DNA from: an uncultured Candidatus Saccharibacteria bacterium | GTDB lineage: Bacteria; Patescibacteriota; Minisyncoccia; Phycocordibacterales; DATDWN01 | Reading direction: 5' to 3' | Length of the DNA stretch: 35,433 bases | Assembly (NCBI GenBank): GCA_964552275.1 | Contig: CAZKFS010000001.1 | Coordinates: 1 to 35,433, forward strand | Shown: in pieces, positions 22,979 to 32,472 of the stretch | Numbering within the stretch: the stretch's first letter is position 1 | Layout: each line of letters begins with the position of its first letter | Program-made: the position numbers and the translations under genes | Notes under the pieces: model-generated | Seen by the model: only the letters and a program-made list of their open reading frames with translations | Database searches by the model: none | What the model was told of the DNA's origin: nothing

Positions 22979-23004
22979 GGGCTGCTCCGGCAGTCCTTTC
23001 TTTT
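22979..23004 (+). terminator. terminator of the small peptide transcript
   Basis: gggctgc-tccg-gcagtcc stem followed by tttctttt. Confidence 0.5.
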
Positions 23005-23021
23005 ATGTAAAATATCATTTC

Positions 23022-23047
23022 AAAAAACCACCTTTCGGTGGTTTTTT
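23022..23047. terminator. terminator aaaaaaccacc-tttc-ggtggtttttt after tuf
   Basis: Perfect 5-bp GC core extended by A/T runs. Confidence 0.75.
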
Positions 23048-23090
23048 GAAAACTTTTTAAAGTTAAGAATTCTTCTTGAAAGGGCTGTGA

Positions 23091-24296
23091 CTAAGCAATA
23101 ATCTTAGTAACAACTCCAGCTCCAACAGTCTTACCTCCCTCTCGAATAGCAAACTTAGTATTATCCTCTAGAGCAACTGGTGCTACTAGTTTAACTTTGA
23201 ATGTAACTTGATCTCCTGGCATAACCATTTCTACTCCCTCATTTAGAGTCACATCTCCTGTAACGTCTGTAGTTCGGATATAGAATTGTGGTTTGTAACC
23301 AGAGAAGAATGGTGTGTGTCTTCCCCCTTCTTCTTTCTTCAAGATGTAAACCTCAGCTGTAAACTCTGTGTGTGGAGTCACTGACTTTGGTTTTGAAAGA
23401 ACCTGACCTCGGTGAATTTCTTCTTTCTTTGCACCTCTAAGTAGGATTCCGGCGTTATCTCCAGCCTCTCCTTGGTTTAGAGATTTGTTGAACATTTCGA
23501 TACCAGTAACTGTGTATTTCTGTGTATCCTTTAGACCAACACATTCGATTTCTTCACCTACTTTCACGATTCCTCTCTCGATTCTTCCTGTTACCACTGT
23601 TCCTCTTCCTTCAATTGAGAAAATGTCTTCAACTGGCATAAGGAATGGCTTATCAAGATCTCTTTCTGGAACTGGGAAGTATGTATCTAGAGCTGTTGCA
23701 AGATCTAGAACTTTCTTTGCCCACTCGTCATCGTTGTTAGCTGATTCAAGAGCTTTCAATCCTGATCCTCTAATAATAGGTGCGCCTGCTCCGTCGAAAC
23801 CTTGTTTTGTAAGGAGTTCTCGAACTTCCTCCTCAACTAGATCGATAAGCTCTGCATCTGGCACCATGTCACATTTGTTTAGGAAAACAATGATCTTTGG
23901 TACTCCAACTTGTTTAGCAAGTAGAACATGCTCTCTTGTTTGAGGCATCACACCGTCTGTAGCTGCTACCACTAGCACTGCACCGTCCATTTGAGCGGCA
24001 CCAGTAATCATGTTTTTGATGTAGTCAGCGTGTCCAGGAGCATCTACGTGAGCATAGTGTCTTGTAGGTGTCTCGTATTCGTTGTGAGAAAGAGCAATAG
24101 TAATTCCTCTTGCTTTTTCCTCTGGAGCAGAGTCGATTTCACCAACTCCTTTTAGTTTAGCTCCGTAACCATTTCCCTGTCGTGAAAGAACAGTCAAAAT
24201 AGCTGCTGTTAATGTTGTCTTACCATGGTCAACGTGACCGATAGTTCCCACATTCATGTGTGGCTTACTTCGATCGAATTGTGCTGATTCTGCCAT
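23091..24296 (-). CDS. tuf: elongation factor Tu
   Basis: [22 protein letters not shown] motifs; 401 aa. Confidence 0.97.
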   Translation of the reverse strand: MAESAQFDRSKPHMNVGTIGHVDHGKTTLTAAILTVLSRQGNGYGAKLKGVGEIDSAPEEKARGITIALSHNEYETPTRHYAHVDAPGHADYIKNMITGAAQMDGAVLVVAATDGVMPQTREHVLLAKQVGVPKIIVFLNKCDMVPDAELIDLVEEEVRELLTKQGFDGAGAPIIRGSGLKALESANNDDEWAKKVLDLATALDTYFPVPERDLDKPFLMPVEDIFSIEGRGTVVTGRIERGIVKVGEEIECVGLKDTQKYTVTGIEMFNKSLNQGEAGDNAGILLRGAKKEEIHRGQVLSKPKSVTPHTEFTAEVYILKKEEGGRHTPFFSGYKPQFYIRTTDVTGDVTLNEGVEMVMPGDQVTFKVKLVAPVALEDNTKFAIREGGKTVGAGVVTKIIA

Positions 24297-24462
24297 ATTG
24301 TTTTTTATTATTATATTAGTAAATAAAAACTAAGCCATTTTGGAAACTCCAAAAACTCAATGCTCGAGAAACCTGAATTTCGAGAACTTCCAATAGGAAA
24401 AATCGCGCTTAAGCGACAAACAACATGTTATTAAAATAAAAACAAATAGTCAAGCAAAACCC

Positions 24463-24762
24463 CTAAGAAACTGGCATATATAGATCTTCTCTCAATTTTC
24501 TCATCTCATCTTTTATCAACAACTCCAATGTAGGGATTTTTGTCCTCAAAAACAACATCACATCCTGTACTGTGGTCGCATCTTTGTCCAATATACCATC
24601 TAGTTCGTCCTCCTCTTTATCAGACAAGAAATCCAGAGACCTGACTAGGATCGCTTGGTATAGCATAGTGCCCAGACGGTCCATTATCTCAAACCTCTTC
24701 TTCTCCGGAAGAGATTCCAGGCCCCAATCTTTTATTAGATCTTTTGATAAAATGTCGTTCAT
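24463..24762 (-). CDS. small acidic helical hypothetical protein (99 aa)
   Basis: ORF track. It starts 5 nt after the upstream 756-aa gene and has native AT-rich composition. I recognise no motif with certainty. Confidence 0.6.
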   Translation of the reverse strand: MNDILSKDLIKDWGLESLPEKKRFEIMDRLGTMLYQAILVRSLDFLSDKEEDELDGILDKDATTVQDVMLFLRTKIPTLELLIKDEMRKLREDLYMPVS

Positions 24763-24767
24763 AATAT

Positions 24768-27038
24768 TTAGACTTTTTTATTTATCCTATCTAATTCCCT
24801 TACAGCTAACTTAAAAGCCTCCTCTTCATCTGTTCCCAAGAACCATGAACCCTTGAACTCTGGCTTTACTGACAACTTTCCACCCACAGGGCCTCCTCCT
24901 ATCTCTCTACCATTCAAAACTATTCTAAAAGCATCAGAGTCTCTAATAACTTTTATTTCACCAGACTCGTACGGTATTCTATGAAAAACTTCACTCTTCA
25001 TAAAATCACCTTCTTCACTATGCATTATTCCAGAAAACTTCTTTATATTTCCAGTAGAAACATCATATAAAACATCTTTACTACCATCCAATTTTTCATA
25101 TACAACGTTTCCTTCTTCGGTAACAACCAAACTCTCCCCTTTAAAACCGACACCACTCAATTTTTTGGCTGGGTTATAAAAACCAAAAGTCTCAGCCAAA
25201 TATTCTGTTGGAATATCTATAATGTTGGTTTTTATTTTTTCAGGAATATTATTCGCAGAACCATAATTCTGCTTAATCTTTTCCTTGAGCTCATCTAGAG
25301 TTTTTATAAAACCTTTGGGAGAAACCTCTACTCTGTTTTCTGTTTTTTTAGTTTCAGCACTGTCTTTCAGTTCTACATCAGAAACTGCAGTTCCTTTGCC
25401 CGACAACCCATCCAGCATATTCAAATCTGGTGAGCCAGCATTATTTGGAGTCAAACCAAGAATAGCTGTAACTGCAAGTATATGAGCAGTTCTTGGAATA
25501 AGAGACAGTTTTTTAAAACTTTTTGCTATAATCCTCTGCTCAACTGGTTTTCTCTGCTCAAGCATCTCTTTTTCCAAAATATTGCGCTCTTCTTCAACCT
25601 CTTCCAGAAGTTTGACGTTCACCTCATAAGTTTCCATGTTGCTAAGTCCGATCAAAGATCCTGGTTGATTGTCCTCCCTAAATCTAGTCTCTGTAGGTAG
25701 TTTGTGTATACCCAAAGCTTTTATCTTTGCTTGGTGAGCTTCTCTGTACTTTGTCTCAGCGAGATCTATCTCTTTATTAAAAATTTCCAAAGAAACTGGT
25801 TTTGTTACACCCAAATCTGAAAAGATTCTACCTATAACATTTTGTCTTTCACGAATTTTATTTCTATGTTGAAAATATTGACTTACATATTCTGTACGAG
25901 CCTCAACCAGCCTAGCCTCTACAGCTTCTAAGGCATCCTCAGCCTTACTCTCTACAACTTCATCTGTGACGACAGCTTCTTTTTTTTCTGTGACAAAATC
26001 ATCAACCTTACTCTCCACAACTTTCTCACCATTTTTTTTCTTTAATTCTACTTTTTCTTCTTCTCGTAACTCAGTCTCCAACCTTAGTACTTCGGCTTCG
26101 TCTCTATATTTTTCTGCAACCGCAATACGATCCCTGAGCTCAGCTATTCTACCTGTATATTTTGGTTTAGTAGGTTCATTATCTTCCTCAGGCTTTGCTT
26201 CTTTTTTAGAAGAACCTTCCTGTTCCGCTAAACGCAATTCATTTTCCAAGCGTAAAACTTCTTCTTCATCATCTTTTGCCTCTGCTTTTTTAATTAGCTT
26301 TCTGAGCCCTACTACTCTATCTGTCTTTTCTGGTTTATCCAAAGAAACTTCAGGTGAAACTTCATCATCTTCCACTGGAAAATCTTCAGCAACTACTTCA
26401 TCTTGATGAGTATCTTCAAAACCCAAAATTTCCAATAATTCTTCATAATCTCCTCTTATCTTCGAAAGAGCTCCCTTCTTTTTTGATAACTTATCTATGA
26501 TCATTCTTGCTTCATCTTTAGTTTCTGCATGTGTTAAATCCCACTTAGCATCCCTGAGAGAAGTCTTTATAGAGTGGTTACCTTCAGTGCTTATGAGTCC
26601 ATTCAGATAGTTGATCGCTCCTTTTCTAGCTTTTGGTGACAAGTCTAAAACTTTAAAGTCTGACTCGACTTTTTCTGGTTCTGGTATTTTTTCTGGTTGC
26701 ACTTCAACAACTGGGGCTGGTTCACCAACCTCTTCCTCACTAATAAAATCACCAGACTCTTCTGCTGTTACGGGTTCTTCAGATTTTTTATCATCATCAA
26801 ATGATAATATTTTGTCTCCATCTTCAGCATCAAACTCACTTAAATAATCTTCTTCATCATCTATAATTACTCCATCCCTATCAACTCTCTCCATAATTCT
26901 AATAGGCACGTGACGACCACCTTCTCTTTGAGAGTCTAAAATGGAATGTCTGTTGTGTTCTGGCACAACATATTCAGGATTTATTTGTCCGTATTGAACT
27001 CTTCTTTCTTTTCCCCCAGATTCAATAGTAGTGTGCAT
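24768..27038 (-). CDS. large acidic coiled-coil protein with one TM segment (756 aa), unknown function
   Basis: Very high E/D/K content. Internal repeat EVLRLENELR / EVLRLETELR. Hydrophobic segment AHILAVTAILGLT. The C-terminal ~200 aa are less biased. Confidence 0.65.
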   Translation of the reverse strand: MHTTIESGGKERRVQYGQINPEYVVPEHNRHSILDSQREGGRHVPIRIMERVDRDGVIIDDEEDYLSEFDAEDGDKILSFDDDKKSEEPVTAEESGDFISEEEVGEPAPVVEVQPEKIPEPEKVESDFKVLDLSPKARKGAINYLNGLISTEGNHSIKTSLRDAKWDLTHAETKDEARMIIDKLSKKKGALSKIRGDYEELLEILGFEDTHQDEVVAEDFPVEDDEVSPEVSLDKPEKTDRVVGLRKLIKKAEAKDDEEEVLRLENELRLAEQEGSSKKEAKPEEDNEPTKPKYTGRIAELRDRIAVAEKYRDEAEVLRLETELREEEKVELKKKNGEKVVESKVDDFVTEKKEAVVTDEVVESKAEDALEAVEARLVEARTEYVSQYFQHRNKIRERQNVIGRIFSDLGVTKPVSLEIFNKEIDLAETKYREAHQAKIKALGIHKLPTETRFREDNQPGSLIGLSNMETYEVNVKLLEEVEEERNILEKEMLEQRKPVEQRIIAKSFKKLSLIPRTAHILAVTAILGLTPNNAGSPDLNMLDGLSGKGTAVSDVELKDSAETKKTENRVEVSPKGFIKTLDELKEKIKQNYGSANNIPEKIKTNIIDIPTEYLAETFGFYNPAKKLSGVGFKGESLVVTEEGNVVYEKLDGSKDVLYDVSTGNIKKFSGIMHSEEGDFMKSEVFHRIPYESGEIKVIRDSDAFRIVLNGREIGGGPVGGKLSVKPEFKGSWFLGTDEEEAFKLAVRELDRINKKV

Positions 27039-27159
27039 ATGAATATATTGTATCGCTTTTAAAAATACTGCGCAATAAAAAATTGCTAGGTTAAAACAAA
27101 ATTGTCACCAGAACCACCAAAGAAAGTAATTTGATTGGATGAAATGCGACGTGAGAAAA

Positions 27160-27208
27160 CAAAAAACACCCGGAGGTGTACATGTAGTACATTGACGGGT
27201 GTTTTTTG
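27160..27208. terminator. terminator after fusA with a TGTAC-core inner hairpin
   Basis: acacccg (27166-27172) / cgggtgt (27196-27202) encloses gtgtacatgtagtacat and is flanked by A and T runs. Confidence 0.7.
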
Positions 27209-27237
27209 TTTTGGGAACGAGTAGTTCGCCAATAAAA

Positions 27238-29379
27238 TTACTTTCTTGATTCCACTATTGTTTTCTCAATATTTGGTGGCACCACCTCATAATGATCAAA
27301 CTCCATCATTATACTTCCTCTTCCTTGAGTCATTGATCTTATATCTGTTGTATAACCAAACATTTCAGATAGTGGAACTTTTGCGTGAATAACTCGGAGC
27401 ATTCCTCTCTCATCCATACCTTCTATTTGACCACGTTTACCAGAAAGTGAACCTGTTATATCTCCCATGAACTGTTCTGGCATTATAGCTTCAACTTTCA
27501 TAATAGGCTCTAGAATAACTGGCTTTGCTCTCTTGGCTGCGTCTTGGAAAGCTTGCGATGCTGCGATTTTATAAGCGATTTCAGATGAGTCCACGTCGTG
27601 ATAAGAACCAAAAGTAAGTTCACAAGAAATATTTACCATTTTGTATCCAGCGACTATACCTCTATCCATTGCTTCGTGAACACCTTTTTCAACTGCAGGA
27701 ATAAACTCTTGTGGAATAACACCTCCTTTGATTGAATCGATGAATTCGAAGTCTTCATATCGATGAACGTTCTTTGGAATTTTTGCACCTTCTTCCAATT
27801 TCTCTAGAGGTTTGATAGTAAGCTTTACGTGACCGTACTGACCCTTACCTCCAGTTTGTTTTATGTATTTGTGTTCAGCGTCAGCAGATGCCAAGATAGT
27901 TTCTCTGTATGCTACTTGTGGTTTACCGACATTTACTTCCACACCGAACTCTCTTTTCATACGATCCACCATGATTTCAAGATGTAGTTCTCCCATTCCA
28001 GAAATAATACTTTCACCGGTATCAGTGTTTGATGAAATAATGAAAGTTGGATCCTCATCAGAAAGTTTTTTCATGGCCATACCCATTTTCTCTTGGTCAG
28101 CTTTTGTTTTTGGTTCTATTCTTAGAGACACCACTGGATCAACGAACTTGATAGGGTCAAGCAAAATAGGGTTACTCTCATCACAAAATGTATGTGATGT
28201 TTTTGCAGACTTTAGTCCCACAGCTGCTGCTATTTCTCCAGCAAAAACTTTCTTTACCTCTTCACGTTTGTCAGCCTGAAGTCTTACTATACGTCCCAGT
28301 CTTTCTTTTTCACCTGTTGTTGAGTTATATATATATGAACCAGCTTCTATTGTTCCAGAGTAAACTCTAAAGAATGTTAGCTGTCCCACGAATGGATCGT
28401 TTTGAAGTTTGAAAGCAAGAGCAGAAAAAGGCTCAGTATCAGAAGCTTTTCTATAAATTTCTTCGTTTGTTTTTGGATCAAGTCCGTGAACTGGAGGAAT
28501 ATCTAGTGGAGATGGTAGATAATCAACCACGCCATCTAGAACCAACTGAACACCTTTGTTTTTCAAAGCTGAACCAGCAAATACTGGGATGATTTTTACA
28601 GCGAGAGAAGCGGCTCTCAAAGTTGCTTTCAAAACATCGTATGATGGCTCTTTGCCTTCTAGATAACCCGCCATCAAAGCATCGTCTTGCTCAACGATTT
28701 TCTCCACAAGTTCTGCTCGATATTTCTTGGCCTCATCCAAATATTCTGCAGGTATTTCCTCTTCACGAATACTCATACCCATATTTCCTTCGAAATAAAA
28801 GGCTTTCATTTTCATTAGATCGATAACTCCTTCGAACTTATCTTCTAGTCCCATTGGGATTTGCACACGAACTGCATTTTTATTTAGTCGGTCTAGAATA
28901 GATGCGTATGAACGCTCAAAAGATGCTCCTGTTCTATCTAGTTTGTTGATAAAACAAATTCTTGGAACATTTCCATCGTCTGCGTATCTCCAGTTTGTTT
29001 CTGATTGAGGTTCTACACCAGCAACTCCATCGAAAACCACAACCGCACCGTCCAAAACTCTAAGAGATCTTTTCACTTCAGCTGTAAAGTCGATGTGACC
29101 AGGAGTATCGATAACGTTGAAACGATATTCTGGTTTTTGGCCTCTTGGCATATATGTAGGGTTCCAGAAACATGTAATAGCCGCTGCTGTAATAGTGATA
29201 CCACGTTCTCGCTCTTGCTCCATCCAGTCTGTAACTGTTGCACCGTCATGCACCTCACCTATTTTGTGAGTCATTCCTGTGTAGAACAAAACGCGCTCTG
29301 ATGTTGTTGTTTTACCAGCATCAATGTGAGCTATAATACCGAAGTTTCTAACCTTATCTAATGTATAATCGCGGTTCAT
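27238..29379 (-). CDS. fusA: elongation factor G
   Basis: [23 protein letters not shown] motifs; 713 aa. Confidence 0.97.
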   Translation of the reverse strand: MNRDYTLDKVRNFGIIAHIDAGKTTTSERVLFYTGMTHKIGEVHDGATVTDWMEQERERGITITAAAITCFWNPTYMPRGQKPEYRFNVIDTPGHIDFTAEVKRSLRVLDGAVVVFDGVAGVEPQSETNWRYADDGNVPRICFINKLDRTGASFERSYASILDRLNKNAVRVQIPMGLEDKFEGVIDLMKMKAFYFEGNMGMSIREEEIPAEYLDEAKKYRAELVEKIVEQDDALMAGYLEGKEPSYDVLKATLRAASLAVKIIPVFAGSALKNKGVQLVLDGVVDYLPSPLDIPPVHGLDPKTNEEIYRKASDTEPFSALAFKLQNDPFVGQLTFFRVYSGTIEAGSYIYNSTTGEKERLGRIVRLQADKREEVKKVFAGEIAAAVGLKSAKTSHTFCDESNPILLDPIKFVDPVVSLRIEPKTKADQEKMGMAMKKLSDEDPTFIISSNTDTGESIISGMGELHLEIMVDRMKREFGVEVNVGKPQVAYRETILASADAEHKYIKQTGGKGQYGHVKLTIKPLEKLEEGAKIPKNVHRYEDFEFIDSIKGGVIPQEFIPAVEKGVHEAMDRGIVAGYKMVNISCELTFGSYHDVDSSEIAYKIAASQAFQDAAKRAKPVILEPIMKVEAIMPEQFMGDITGSLSGKRGQIEGMDERGMLRVIHAKVPLSEMFGYTTDIRSMTQGRGSIMMEFDHYEVVPPNIEKTIVESRK

Positions 29380-29545
29380 AAATAATTGATAATTTCTATT
29401 AAGTTAAATAAAAAAGCCCTTAGGCGTCAAGGAAAACTATATACCAAAAGCCCTTTTTGAGCAATGACTATATAATCAATATCTAAGGTGTCAGAAATCA
29501 CCAAACTCGTCGAATCCACAACTTTTTTCATCACCAGCAAGATAC

Positions 29546-32287
29546 CTATTTCTTGTACTTCTTCAAAATGTTAGCTTCGATTTCTGCCCTATCCCCTCCA
29601 TAAGTCATATAGGAAAGTTGTTTTAAGTTTTCAATAATAGCAGGGTTGCCTTTTGGTGCTGGTTCAGCTTTCATATTAAATGCTTTTGCTGGTCTTCCAC
29701 CTACGAGCATTTTTACAATAGCATTGTAGTTATCAATACTCATTATATCTTTAGCGGTAAATACGGGACTGAACTGTTTCTCTAAATACTCAGCATCTTC
29801 TGCTCCAACTCGGTAAGAAATAATAGAGCCCACGTTACCAAACACAGCATCTCGAATGTCATCTTGCAATTGAGCGATAAACTGATGCGCAATATTTAGA
29901 GATAGTTTATATTTTCTAGCTTCAGACAAAATAGTGGCTATAGAATTTGTGGTTATATTTTGAAACTCATCTATATATAGATAAAATGGCGGGAAATCCT
30001 TACCTATTGAATCCACTCTAGAAAGAGCTGCCATCAAAATCTTTCCTACTAGGATAAGACCTATAAGGTTGGCGTTAATATCTCCCAATCTTCCTTTAGA
30101 TAGATTGACCAGAAGAATCTTCTTTTCATCCATTATTTGTCGGAAATTGAAAGATGATTTTTCTTGAGCAATAATAGGTCGCATAATATCGTTAGCCAAA
30201 AACACATCAAATTTTGAAGTTATATATGGAACAATGTTAGCAAGTGACGCCTCCCCTCCAGCTTTTTCTGCAACCTCTGTCCAGAACTGATAAACAACAG
30301 GGTTTTTACATTTCGACAACTTCATCATTCTGAATTCTTTATTTGTCATCACCCTAGAAACATCGAGAAGAGTGCACCCTGAATCTGGATCTTCTATTAC
30401 AAGCATTGTCGCATTACGAAAATACTGTTCAAACATTGGCCCTAGAGATTCTGGCACACCACCATAAAGTTTTTGGAATATGCTAAACAATTCATTGACC
30501 ACAAAAGTTTTTTGTTCTGGGAATCTTGGATCGTACTCCAGCATATTAAGAGCCATCGGTCTGTCTGTATAACTAGGATCAAAATATATAACATCTGTTA
30601 ACCTCTCCTGTGGAATATTCGAGAGTATATCCAAAACATCAGAACCATGAGGATCGATAAAACAAGCACCGAGTCCCGCCTTTATATCCTGAACTATCAT
30701 GTTTTTTAGCAAAGTTGTTTTACCTGTACCAGTTTGTCCGATAGTGTAGGTGTGTCTGAGTCTGTCTTCGTCCTGCATATATATAGGTGTATCGACATTA
30801 CGATAAGAATTCACCCCAAGTCTAGTGCCAGATCCCACCATATCAGATGGGGCTGGCGCAGAAACAGATTGTGTTTGTTTTAGTTGAGGTGTCGGTGAAA
30901 GTGCTGTTGTGTGGAAATGAATCAGGGTTGTAAATTCATGGAGGTTGAGTGGCAAAACCTTTGCGGAATCATAAGTTCTAAAAGAAAAATCTCTTAGCAT
31001 TTTATTTAGAGCACTCTTCTCTAACCTTCTAGGTCTTAGGCCTGTTGAAGCAGAATCAGTGAACTGATTGAAGCTTGATTCCAAACTGGTGAGTATCCTC
31101 TCTGCATCAGGGCGACTTTGTGCCGATGCAACCAGACGAATATTTGTAGCAACAATAGTACTGGATATTTTTTGTTTTATTTTTTGTATTGCCTCACTAT
31201 CGATAGGCTTTTTCTCCTCATCTGGTTTTGGAGCTGATTTAAAGAGAGAAGACAAAGTTTTGCCCAGTTCTCCACCAAAAGTCTCTGGAATATCTATGGC
31301 CTCCTTTGTTGGTATACCTTTTTCTATTTTTTCAATAGCGTATTCATATTTTTTATTATAATAATCACCTCTTGGAGAGAAAATTATTTGAATACCGGCT
31401 CCCTCCCCCTCTTTTTGTATTTTAGAAAAACTATTCAATATAACGTTGAGTGGATCATGATCAAAAGACTCATATGTTTTTATTTGATAGATAGGATTGT
31501 TACTAGATTCTAGATATGAACCTATAGAAACTCCGTCACTGTTAAAAATATTGTAGTCCGAAGTAGTTTCAGTTAACTTGGCGTTGTGAAAAACTGATAT
31601 CATCTGTCTCTCAAACAAATCTTTGTGTAGGTTAGGTACGGCAACATAGAAAACAAACTGGTCGCTTCCGTTTGGGTTAGCGATCTCGAGAACAATATAA
31701 TTCTCTCTATAATTCTTCGTACTATCTTTTGACACAACCGAAAGCATGCCGGCCAAAAACTGCTCCATACTCGAAACCACCTCCTTTAGACTCTTTGTTT
31801 TTTCTTGACCTTTGTCTTCAGGCAAAATCACCTCGTACAATGCCATGTCGAGACCCATGAATTCCTTACTCCTCACATCAATATCTTTACCCTTATAACC
31901 ATTTTTTAAGTATTGAACTAAGAATCTATGAAAATCGTCTTCTAGGTGAGGATCTTTGAAACCGGATATAACTGACATTGTGTTTTTTATACCATTTTCG
32001 TTTAGAACAACGAGAAGTTCTGTCATCTTTTTATCGTGAGTTTCTGGAGCAAGGTTTAATATAATAGTCTCAGCGTCATGTTTAGCTATTGCATAAGTCT
32101 CATCTAAAACCTCCTTTGGTAACACATCCCTATAACGAGATATTTCTTCTCCTACAACTTGATCAAGTTTTACATCAAAACTCTTTTCTCTATACTCTGC
32201 TTCTTTTTGGGAAATCTTTTCTCTCAGAAAAGCGATTTCTTGTTCTGGGCTAGTAAACTGAGGTAGTGTCTCTGCATTTTTTTCCAT
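29546..32287 (-). CDS. TraD/VirD4 (type IV coupling protein)-like or HerA/FtsK-superfamily P-loop ATPase with a large unassigned N-terminal domain
   Basis: Walker A GQTGTGKTT, then FIDPHGSD. Walker B LYIDEFQN. ARKYKLSLNIAHQFIAQL. No obvious TM helix in the first ~480 aa. Confidence 0.65.
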   Translation of the reverse strand: MEKNAETLPQFTSPEQEIAFLREKISQKEAEYREKSFDVKLDQVVGEEISRYRDVLPKEVLDETYAIAKHDAETIILNLAPETHDKKMTELLVVLNENGIKNTMSVISGFKDPHLEDDFHRFLVQYLKNGYKGKDIDVRSKEFMGLDMALYEVILPEDKGQEKTKSLKEVVSSMEQFLAGMLSVVSKDSTKNYRENYIVLEIANPNGSDQFVFYVAVPNLHKDLFERQMISVFHNAKLTETTSDYNIFNSDGVSIGSYLESSNNPIYQIKTYESFDHDPLNVILNSFSKIQKEGEGAGIQIIFSPRGDYYNKKYEYAIEKIEKGIPTKEAIDIPETFGGELGKTLSSLFKSAPKPDEEKKPIDSEAIQKIKQKISSTIVATNIRLVASAQSRPDAERILTSLESSFNQFTDSASTGLRPRRLEKSALNKMLRDFSFRTYDSAKVLPLNLHEFTTLIHFHTTALSPTPQLKQTQSVSAPAPSDMVGSGTRLGVNSYRNVDTPIYMQDEDRLRHTYTIGQTGTGKTTLLKNMIVQDIKAGLGACFIDPHGSDVLDILSNIPQERLTDVIYFDPSYTDRPMALNMLEYDPRFPEQKTFVVNELFSIFQKLYGGVPESLGPMFEQYFRNATMLVIEDPDSGCTLLDVSRVMTNKEFRMMKLSKCKNPVVYQFWTEVAEKAGGEASLANIVPYITSKFDVFLANDIMRPIIAQEKSSFNFRQIMDEKKILLVNLSKGRLGDINANLIGLILVGKILMAALSRVDSIGKDFPPFYLYIDEFQNITTNSIATILSEARKYKLSLNIAHQFIAQLQDDIRDAVFGNVGSIISYRVGAEDAEYLEKQFSPVFTAKDIMSIDNYNAIVKMLVGGRPAKAFNMKAEPAPKGNPAIIENLKQLSYMTYGGDRAEIEANILKKYKK

Positions 32288-32331
32288 GAGTTTATTATAT
32301 ACGATTGATTAAACAGTGGCTATTTATATAT

Positions 32332-32374
32332 TGTTATATTCACTTTGCATGGTAACAAAAATCCCCTTTCGGGG
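32332..32374. repeat. 43-nt perfect direct repeat, copy 1
   Basis: tgttatattcactttgcatggtaacaaaaatcccctttcgggg is identical to 32430-32472. Confidence 0.9.
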
Positions 32375-32429
32375 GAAATTCGTCCCGGAAGAAAAATTAA
32401 TGAAGTAATTTTTCTTACCGACCAAGCAC

Positions 32430-32472
32430 TGTTATATTCACTTTGCATGGTAACAAAAATCCCCTTTCGGGG
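32430..32472. repeat. 43-nt perfect direct repeat, copy 2 (forms the left arm of the rpsG hairpin)
   Basis: Compared character by character with 32332-32374. Confidence 0.9.

Noticed and set aside
32332-32472. Possible CRISPR-like or target-site-duplication signature from the 43-nt perfect direct repeats.
   Set aside because: There are only two copies, with a 55-nt spacer made of hairpin sequence. No cas genes or further repeats exist. A 43-nt TSD around 55 nt is not a known transposition signature. I interpret it as a local duplication of a hairpin arm.
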